Below, in pieces: positions 1 through 5,776 of a DNA stretch of 20,425 nucleotides. A model generated the notes under the pieces. The model was not told the origin of the DNA, did not search any database, and was given only the letters and a program-made list of their open reading frames with translations. Numbering within the stretch: the stretch's first letter is position 1; each line of letters opens with the position of its first letter. Source of the DNA: Campylobacterota bacterium (GTDB taxonomy: Bacteria > Campylobacterota > Campylobacteria > Campylobacterales > Sulfurimonadaceae); contig JAYEKO010000027.1 of the NCBI GenBank assembly GCA_034661055.1, positions 1 to 20,425 of the forward strand, written 5' to 3'. The translations under genes and the position numbers were made by a program.

Positions 1-70
1 ACTGATATGTTTGTGTGTCATTGGCTACTAAAAATGTTGCAGCCAATGCAGGTAGTAATAATTTTTGCAT
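1..70 (-). CDS. 5' end of an exported protein with a Sec signal peptide; gene continues beyond the window edge; possibly a metal-uptake outer-membrane or periplasmic protein
   Basis: Not in the ORF track. Minus-strand ATG at 70 reads MQKLLLPALAATFLVANDTQTYQ, open to the edge: basic N-terminus, hydrophobic core, L-V-A cleavage site. SD-like TAGGGT lies just upstream. The product guess rests only on the context (Fur-family gene and DUF2946-like leader). Confidence 0.75.
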   Translation of the reverse strand, partial: MQKLLLPALAATFLVANDTQTYQ

Positions 71-73
71 CGA

Positions 74-124
74 TATACCCTAAGTTATAATTTTTTATTT
101 ATATGATTGAAAAACTAGGATATA
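74..124 (-). promoter_or_regulatory. SD-sequestering mRNA hairpin (candidate translational attenuator)
   Basis: On the minus-strand mRNA, UAUAUCCUAGUU (124-113; end of the leader ORF and its stop codon) pairs with AACUUAGGGUAUA (86-74; contains the downstream SD). This gives 12 pairs including one G-U, one bulged U and an AU-rich loop. Confidence 0.55.
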
Positions 125-375
125 AATGGAGGAGAACGACTCCTAAGAGAGACTTTTACTCCATCACTAAAGGATATGAAAGAAGTATAAAATGGTTCTA
201 AATATCTATGAATTGTTATAAGAACTACACTGTCGTTCAATACAGCTGGAGCATGTGCTACAACACATACTTCACAAATATCATCGGGTGAGTGATGATG
301 TTCTAGCTCATGAAAAGTACCCATAAAGATAGATAATATAAATGCAATTACAAATATTTTTCTAAACAAAATCAT
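115..375 (-). CDS. DUF2946/CruR/CutF-like small metal-sensing leader protein with a C-terminal RAPP-like (RSPP) motif
   Basis: N-terminal hydrophobic segment, His cluster FHELEHHH, CxxC (CEVC), then a spacer and RSRSPP three codons before the stop. ATG at 375 is preferred to the TTG at 381. Confidence 0.7.
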   Translation of the reverse strand: MILFRKIFVIAFILSIFMGTFHELEHHHSPDDICEVCVVAHAPAVLNDSVVLITIHRYLEPFYTSFISFSDGVKVSLRSRSPPFIS

Positions 376-419
376 TAACAAAATTTTATCTTCATATCAC
401 TTTATCAACACTTAAATTT

Positions 420-434
420 TGCAACTAAGTCGCA
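420..434. promoter_or_regulatory. 7-1-7 palindrome; candidate operator for the adjacent Fur-family regulator
   Basis: TGCAACT-A-AGTCGCA (one mismatch from perfect dyad symmetry), centred in the divergent intergenic region between mirrored AAGATAAAAT -10-like elements at 383-392 (-) and 458-467 (+). Confidence 0.55.
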
Positions 435-472
435 TTTATCTATATTTGAAGTATAAAAAGATAAAATACGAT

Positions 473-838
473 ATGAAAATAGAAACAATAGTCAAAGAAA
501 AAAACATTAAACTAACAACTGCACGAAAAGAGCTTTTAGAGATATTTTTGCAAAGCGATAAGCCTATAGCTTATGAAGATATAAAAGATAGTGTTAGTAT
601 GAACAAAGCAACTTTTTATAGAAATGTATCAAAGTTTGAGGATGAGGCTATTGTACATAGTTTTGAATCAAATGACAAAAAAAGATACTACGAGCTCCAA
701 GGTACACCTCATGCTCACTTTATATGCAACAGTTGCAACACCATAGAGTGTCTTAAAGATGAGATTAGCCTAGATATTAAAAACTACATTGTGGAAGATA
801 TTCTTGTAAAAGGGATTTGTCAAAAATGTTATCAGTAA
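473..838 (+). CDS. Fur-family transcriptional regulator (Zur-like by context)
   Basis: KLTTARKELLEIF, winged helix with ATFYRN, HAHFICNSC and C-terminal CQKC (two CxxC structural Zn motifs). ATG at 473 (MKIETIV) fits the family length better than the TTG at 419. Confidence 0.9.
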   Translation: MKIETIVKEKNIKLTTARKELLEIFLQSDKPIAYEDIKDSVSMNKATFYRNVSKFEDEAIVHSFESNDKKRYYELQGTPHAHFICNSCNTIECLKDEISLDIKNYIVEDILVKGICQKCYQ

Positions 839-897
839 AAAATTATTTGAAAGTGAACTATAGACATATTGGTTTTTGAAGTTAGAGTTGCTGAGAA

Positions 898-914
898 TTG
901 GTATAGTTCTTGCT
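898..914 (+). promoter_or_regulatory. Sigma-54 (-24/-12) promoter
   Basis: TTGGTATAGTTCTTGCT, with GG at 900-901 and GC at 912-913 (exact GG-N10-GC spacing), about 40 nt upstream of the ATG at 953; SD AAGGA follows. Confidence 0.7.
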
Positions 915-952
915 TTTTAATCGCAATAAGCTGAAACAATAAGGATTGCTCT

Positions 953-1432
953 ATGAGAACAACAATTTTTTCGTTACTGGCATTAGGATTTCTTTTTTCT
1001 GGATGTACTCAAGAAAAAAGTTGCCAACCACCAGAAGCAATACTAGAGTCAGAAGTACAAGCATGTTCAACTTCAGAAGTTGAAATTGCAGATGAGTATG
1101 TTGATATAGTAACCAAACAAGAGCCCGTTCGTATTATTGTAGTAGGTCAAGGTGTTGCCCCTTGTAATAGTACATGTTCACCAGAGCAAGCCTTAGTCTT
1201 AGCAAAACGTGCGGCTACTGTTGATGGTTATCGTCTTATTGCTGAAAAAGTCAAAGGAGTTTATGTTCAAGGACGTGACTACGTTCACAATATGATGGTT
1301 AAAAGCTCTAAAGTGCGCACTTATGTTGATGCAAACATTCGAAATGCAAACATAGTTGACACTATATATAAAGACGGTCTTTGCGAAGTAGAGATGGAAA
1401 TAACTCTCAACTACTCACAGTTGGTTTATTAA
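953..1432 (+). CDS. LPP20-family lipoprotein (FlgP-like, probably associated with the flagellar motor)
   Basis: Lipobox FSGC; VVGQGVAP and AKRAATVDGYRLIAEKVKGVYV match the LPP20/FlgP pattern; upstream sigma-54 promoter. Confidence 0.8.
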   Translation: MRTTIFSLLALGFLFSGCTQEKSCQPPEAILESEVQACSTSEVEIADEYVDIVTKQEPVRIIVVGQGVAPCNSTCSPEQALVLAKRAATVDGYRLIAEKVKGVYVQGRDYVHNMMVKSSKVRTYVDANIRNANIVDTIYKDGLCEVEMEITLNYSQLVY

Positions 1433-1455
1433 TATTTTGCGCCTCTTTTTTATTG

Positions 1456-1490
1456 GTAGGATTAATGTTTAAGCATTGATATCCCACTAC
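1456..1490. terminator. Imperfect hairpin between convergent genes; possible terminator
   Basis: GTAGGATTAATG-TTTAAG-CATTGATATCCCACTAC: core ATTAATG/CATTGAT with outer GTAG/CTAC. No clear U-tract on either side. Confidence 0.3.
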
Positions 1491-1517
1491 AAAGAATGTT
1501 AAGGCTTAAGTCTTACA

Positions 1518-1718
1518 TTACCAAGCAATACACTGACTGTCAGCTCCATATGCTACACAAGGTGTACCGTCTGTACTTATAATGTTTTGTACTTTTTTAG
1601 AAGAATGTTTTGAGTCACACGAAGTACAGTTGTAAGGCCACTGCCACTTACCACAACATCCTGATAATAAAAATATAGAAATAATAGCTACAAATTGAAA
1701 TAGAATTACTTTTTTCAT
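1518..1718 (-). CDS. Small cysteine-rich lipoprotein of unknown function
   Basis: MKK plus hydrophobic core plus lipobox LSGC; SD GAGGA upstream; six Cys in the mature part. Confidence 0.75.
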   Translation of the reverse strand: MKKVILFQFVAIISIFLLSGCCGKWQWPYNCTSCDSKHSSKKVQNIISTDGTPCVAYGADSQCIAW

Positions 1719-1773
1719 AAAAATTCCTCATAATAATTACACAGTTAAATCGACAAACCATAGTATACCTCAA

Positions 1774-1908
1774 AAACATTTCAAAAATGCACAGAGAGAT
1801 GATGCTATTATGAGTGCTTTGCAAGATGGTTATACACAGGCGAAGATTACACAGTTTATTGGAGATTCTCGCTCTTTAATTTGTAAGATTGTTAAGAAAC
1901 AGAAGTAA
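1774..1908 (+). pseudogene. Remnant C-terminal helix-turn-helix, probably from a Y1/HUH (RAYT/TIRYT-like) transposase
   Basis: The open frame reads KHFKNAQRDDAIMSALQDGYTQAKITQFIGDSRSLICKIVKKQK*, with an HTH pattern (GYTQ-x-I-xx-F-I-G-x-S-R-S-x-I-x-K-I). It has no upstream start/SD and no catalytic domain. Family assignment is from recalled similarity only. Confidence 0.55.
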
Positions 1909-1966
1909 ATATTCAACGTAACGAAGCTTAGTTTTGATGAGGATTTAAAGAGGTGCTGGCAAAAGC

Positions 1967-1995
1967 TTGCAAAAATATTCGAAAACATATATAAT
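1967..1995 (+). promoter_or_regulatory. Sigma-70 promoter of the toxin-antitoxin operon
   Basis: TTGCAA (1967-1972), 17-bp spacer, TATAAT (1990-1995). An ATATATA/TATATAT inverted pair (1987-1993, 2006-2012) overlaps it and may be an autorepression site. Confidence 0.65.
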
Positions 1996-2024
1996 GTATT
2001 TAATCTATATATTTAGGAAGTTTT

Positions 2025-2282
2025 ATGATAATCGGTGTCTCAGAATTACAAAAAAAAATAAGTATTTTTAAAAATCTAAGTGAAACAGTTTATATAGTAG
2101 ATAAAAAAAGTAAAGAAATTTTAGCAACAGTTTTACCAAAAGCCGAGATAGAAAAAGAAAATATTGCTGATAGCTTGGGTGGAATATTTCAAAACTATAA
2201 GCCCAATAAATCTTATGATAGTTTTGAGGCAATGAAAAAAGAAGCTTTTGATGACGAGATGAGAGAAAAATATGGCGCGTAG
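2025..2282 (+). CDS. Putative antitoxin (Phd/YefM-like N-terminus) of a type II TA pair
   Basis: 85 aa; MIIGVSELQKKIS...VYIVDKK...LATVLP N-terminus and acidic C-terminus; SD AGGAAG; overlaps the PIN gene by 11 nt. Confidence 0.7.
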   Translation: MIIGVSELQKKISIFKNLSETVYIVDKKSKEILATVLPKAEIEKENIADSLGGIFQNYKPNKSYDSFEAMKKEAFDDEMREKYGA

Positions 2283-2655
2283 AATTCTTTTAGATGCCAA
2301 TGTACTTATTCGATTTCTAGTACGAGATGATGAAATTTTATATCAAAGAAGTTTTGAAATCATCAAAGAGATAGAGGATGGAAAGGTTGAAGCCTTATTA
2401 TTAGATTTCATCTTGGCAGAAATTATTTATGTTTTAAAACGAATTTATAAGGTAGAAAAAATTCAAATTTCAAATGCACTAAAAAAGATACTTTTACAGG
2501 AGCATTTTTATACAGACAATAAACTAGTAACTTTTGAAGCTCTAGATATTTATGCTAATAAAAATATTGATTTTGCAGATGCAATGTTATGTGCTAAAAA
2601 GAATTTAGAGGGCTTTGAAATCGTTAGTTTTGATAAAGATATGAGAAAATGCTAA
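2272..2655 (+). CDS. vapC: PIN-domain (VapC-like) ribonuclease toxin
   Basis: ILLDANVLIRFL, ILAEIIYVL, DFADA and SFDKD supply the conserved acidic PIN residues; 127 aa. Confidence 0.9.
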   Translation: MARRILLDANVLIRFLVRDDEILYQRSFEIIKEIEDGKVEALLLDFILAEIIYVLKRIYKVEKIQISNALKKILLQEHFYTDNKLVTFEALDIYANKNIDFADAMLCAKKNLEGFEIVSFDKDMRKC

Positions 2656-2668
2656 TCACTTCCTAAAG

Positions 2669-2691
2669 TAGGGGTCAACATAGGGGTTAAC
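2669..2691 (+). repeat. Tandem 11-bp direct repeat TAGGGGTYAAC
   Basis: TAGGGGTCAAC (2669-2679), A, TAGGGGTTAAC (2681-2691); G-rich in an otherwise AT-rich spacer. Confidence 0.6.
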
Positions 2692-2757
2692 TTTATTCTA
2701 CTCCAAGTTTGCTTGGTTACAATCTCACAATAACTTTTCTTTTTAGGACAAATTTTT

Positions 2758-3378
2758 ATGGACCATACACAAGCACGAAGTAATATTTATGCACTACTAT
2801 CTAGAGTATTAATGCAAGAGAGTGATCTTGAACTTTTAAATAGCATTAAAAATGATGAGAATATCTTAAACTTTTTTCCAACGTTTAAAAAGTGGGATAT
2901 GCTTAATACTTTAGAGAGTAGTGTTCTTTTAAATGAGCACATTAATCCGGACTTTTCAAACCTTTCATTACTACACCTTATTCCGTATGAGACATTTTAT
3001 ACTAGAGATGATCAGATGATTGAAACAGGTGGAGCTAACCCTGTTACAGATATGTACAGTGCTTATGATTTTATAGTTGACTATGAAGTGGCACGTGTTG
3101 TTTCAAGTGACCATATTGGCATTGAGTTAGAATTTATGCATCACTTGTGTGAGGCTCAGGTTAAAGCAGAAGCACAAGATGATTTGAGTGCTATACAAGA
3201 GCTAAAAAGTGTGCAAAAAGAGTTTTTAAATAAACACCTATTGCAGTGGGCACCTATGTATCTCATTAATTTAAAGTATGAGTCACGTACACCGTTTTAC
3301 TACGATATTGCAGAGACAACTTTAGAGTTTATTTTGAGTGATAATGAGTATTTAACTAAAGGTACACCGCTACAGTAA
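2758..3378 (+). CDS. TorD/DmsD-family molybdoenzyme maturation chaperone
   Basis: IPYETFY and SDHIGIELEFMHHL, followed by QKEFLNKHLLQW; SD AGGA; TAATG overlap with the next gene. Confidence 0.92.
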   Translation: MDHTQARSNIYALLSRVLMQESDLELLNSIKNDENILNFFPTFKKWDMLNTLESSVLLNEHINPDFSNLSLLHLIPYETFYTRDDQMIETGGANPVTDMYSAYDFIVDYEVARVVSSDHIGIELEFMHHLCEAQVKAEAQDDLSAIQELKSVQKEFLNKHLLQWAPMYLINLKYESRTPFYYDIAETTLEFILSDNEYLTKGTPLQ

Positions 3379-4475
3379 TGGCTGGTCTTACATTAAATAC
3401 CACTTCGTGCGTCAGGTCTATCTCAAAGTTTAGTGACTGTAACTTATGTGAAGTTATCTGTCCCGTTGAAGCTATCAAGGTTGCTCCTGAATCACTACCT
3501 GCCATTAATTTACACTCATGTATTGGTTGTGGTGGTTGTGTAGGGGTCTGTCCAACCGAAGCTCTACATCTTGATAACTTATCTGCTATGGAATTTTTCT
3601 TTGAATTTGCTAATGAAGAGAATAGTTTAATATCTTGTCAAAAAAATGTGCCTTGTCTCTCTGTCTTAAATGTTGAATACCTAATTGCATTAGCATCACT
3701 AAAAGAGGAACTTGTTTTAGATATGGGTCACTGTAACACCTGTAGTATTAAATCTACATGTAAACCGCAGATTGAGAAAAATGTAGAAGAGGCTAACTAT
3801 GTTTTAGATGCTAGAATACAGAGTGCCAAGGTGACAATGAAAAATTTTGCGTATCTTGATGAGAGTGTAAAACCTGATAGTAGCAGACGAGATTTCTTTG
3901 AGACTTTTACACTTAAAAATGCCTTTAAGGCAAAAAAAGATTTTGATCGTGATGTTGAGATTGCTATAGATGAGTTTAAAGAGCACTCAGTCAATACTTC
4001 TGAGATATCAAAGTTACGTCAAAAAGAGTTGATTGCAAAACGTAAACTGCATATAATGGCATTAAAACGTGTGGATAAGCCTGAAGCTTATCATGTTGTA
4101 GATTCTTCAGAGTTGACATTTACATCACAAAAATTACTAAATGAAGCTAGTTGCACTGCGTGTCAGATATGTTATAGAATCTGTCCAACAGGAGCACTTA
4201 GTTCCGATATGAAAAACTCAAAAATAGATTTTGATGCATTTATGTGCATTAAGTGTCACCTCTGTCATGATGTATGTGAACCTAATGCAATTACAGTCTC
4301 TCCATCATATAATGTAAAAGAGTTTTTTGAACCAAAAATACAGCGACTTATTACTTATGATGTTAAATCTTGTAATGAGTGTGGCATGCATTTTACATCA
4401 CTAAAAGGTGAAAAAATCTGCAGAAGATGTGCTCTTGAAGAGGAAGAAGCTAAAGATTTATGGGGGATTGAATAA
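3378..4475 (+). CDS. Polyferredoxin (multiple 4Fe-4S binding motifs)
   Basis: CNLCEVICP, CIGCGGCVGVCP, CTACQICYRICP and CIKCHLCHDVCE, plus a Cys-rich middle domain and C-terminal CNEC...CRRC. Confidence 0.9.
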   Translation: MAGLTLNTTSCVRSISKFSDCNLCEVICPVEAIKVAPESLPAINLHSCIGCGGCVGVCPTEALHLDNLSAMEFFFEFANEENSLISCQKNVPCLSVLNVEYLIALASLKEELVLDMGHCNTCSIKSTCKPQIEKNVEEANYVLDARIQSAKVTMKNFAYLDESVKPDSSRRDFFETFTLKNAFKAKKDFDRDVEIAIDEFKEHSVNTSEISKLRQKELIAKRKLHIMALKRVDKPEAYHVVDSSELTFTSQKLLNEASCTACQICYRICPTGALSSDMKNSKIDFDAFMCIKCHLCHDVCEPNAITVSPSYNVKEFFEPKIQRLITYDVKSCNECGMHFTSLKGEKICRRCALEEEEAKDLWGIE

Positions 4476-4478
4476 GTT

Positions 4479-5249
4479 ATGATGAATAACAATGATGAGA
4501 TTAAAATTGACAGCCAGGTTTACGGCTTTTTAGCCGAATATGCTCAGCAAGATCGTTTTAGTGTCTCAATGAACAGTATGTTTAAAACTCTTGGCAGTAA
4601 TTCGATGATAATACCTATGAATATTCGAGAAGATGACTTTTACTACACGGTATCGGGTCTGCGAAGTGCAAAATTACAAGGCGTAGTTATCGCTCCCGAG
4701 TATCGCCATAATGTGTTGGAGTTATGTGATTTTAAAAGCTCGGATGTAAATGAGTGCGGGTTTTGTGACATACTTGTGGTAAAAGAAGCAAAACTATATG
4801 GCGATATTTTTATTGGCAGAGCAGTTTGTACTTTTATTAATGAAAAAAAAGTGGCATCATTAGCACTTTATGGTAGTGGCGCTTTAGCTAAGGCAATACT
4901 TTTACATGTAAAAAATAGTTCTGTTAAGAAAGTGACACTCTTTAACGACAGGGTTGAATCATGCATGGAGCTTTTAAACACGCTAGAGGGTAAATTAGAG
5001 GGTGTTGAAATCGATATAGAACGTGCTTGCAGTGACTCTAAAGCTGATTTTAGTACTTTTGATATGGCAATAAATGTTGCTAATGCGGAGAAGCTATTTT
5101 CTGAAATACAAAGTGCTAAAATAATGGTTGACTTTGCTAAAAGTAACTCACCATTTTCAGAGTGTAGCTCTTGTACCTATGCAGGGTATGATGATATACT
5201 CCCATATTTAAACACAGAAGCCTATAATATTTTTGAAGGAAAAAAATGA
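4479..5249 (+). CDS. Shikimate dehydrogenase (AroE)-fold protein with substituted catalytic residues
   Basis: Colinear by eye with AroE: GVVIAPEYR ~ GxNVTxPxK; CGFCDIL ~ GAVNTL; YGDIFIG ~ GxNTDG; Rossmann motif LYGSGALAKAIL; VTLFNDR ~ ITNRT. Confidence 0.7.
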   Translation: MMNNNDEIKIDSQVYGFLAEYAQQDRFSVSMNSMFKTLGSNSMIIPMNIREDDFYYTVSGLRSAKLQGVVIAPEYRHNVLELCDFKSSDVNECGFCDILVVKEAKLYGDIFIGRAVCTFINEKKVASLALYGSGALAKAILLHVKNSSVKKVTLFNDRVESCMELLNTLEGKLEGVEIDIERACSDSKADFSTFDMAINVANAEKLFSEIQSAKIMVDFAKSNSPFSECSSCTYAGYDDILPYLNTEAYNIFEGKK

Positions 5250-5755
5250 ACCAACATGACTTAAGTGATTTAAGAGAAGAGTTTGATAAATTTGTGCAAG
5301 ATAAGTGTGCAACTAGTGAAGATGGAAGTTGTAATACTCCTGACCGTGATATGGGTGATGCCGTAGATGATGAGCCTGTTCCCGCTTTTGTTGAACAGAT
5401 TTCAGAAAGTATTTTAGCACCGGTAAAGTGTGGTGTCTATATCTCCCGTCTTGATATTAAAAGAGTTGCTGAGGCAGTAGATGAATCTCTTCCAATTAAA
5501 GAGCGTCAAAAGATGCTAAAGGCACTCTTTAGACATACGACGACACAGAAGTATTTAGAAGATACTTTTGCTGAGTTTAACCGACATATTAATGGGCGTA
5601 TATTAATTTATGAAGAGTTGTCTGAAGCATTTCCGTCATCAAAATATATTTTTGATGCAAATATTGTAAAAATACGAAAGACTCAGAAAATTTTTGACCA
5701 GATTGTTGAAGACTACGAAGAGATTGAACCGACTTTTGATCCAATGTTAGTATAA
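5246..5755 (+). CDS. Hypothetical acidic protein, last gene of the TorD operon
   Basis: 169-aa ORF with SD AAGGA and an ATGA overlap with the upstream gene; no motif recognised. Confidence 0.8.
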   Translation: MNQHDLSDLREEFDKFVQDKCATSEDGSCNTPDRDMGDAVDDEPVPAFVEQISESILAPVKCGVYISRLDIKRVAEAVDESLPIKERQKMLKALFRHTTTQKYLEDTFAEFNRHINGRILIYEELSEAFPSSKYIFDANIVKIRKTQKIFDQIVEDYEEIEPTFDPMLV

Positions 5756-5776
5756 AGAGTTAATCTCTTTATACTA
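5748..5776. terminator. Perfect 12-bp inverted repeat spanning both convergent stop codons; probable bidirectional terminator
   Basis: TAGTATAAAGAG-ttaat-CTCTTTATACTA. Confidence 0.6.

Noticed and set aside
419..472. N-terminal extension of the Fur-family ORF from TTG 419
   Set aside because: It runs through the palindrome and -10 element and has no Fur-like residues; ATG 473 fits the family.
725..737. TGCAAC-A-GTTGCA palindrome inside the Fur-family gene, resembling the upstream operator
   Set aside because: The spacer differs (1 vs 3 nt) and the sequence is explained by the Cys-Asn-Ser-Cys codons.
1957..1971. TGGCAAAAGCTTGCA as a sigma-54 promoter for the TA operon
   Set aside because: GG-to-GC spacing is 9 nt, not the required 10; the TTGCAA is better explained as a sigma-70 -35.
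2669..2691. Tandem repeat as a CRISPR remnant or iteron array
   Set aside because: Only two 11-bp units with a 1-nt spacer; no cas or rep genes nearby.
3797..3994. Minus-strand ORFs 3797-3994 and 3804-3986
   Set aside because: Antisense shadows of the polyferredoxin gene with no recognisable motifs.
4479..5249. Calling this gene aroE
   Set aside because: The catalytic Lys/Asp and substrate-binding Ser/Thr/Asn positions appear substituted, so a functional shikimate dehydrogenase is not supported.
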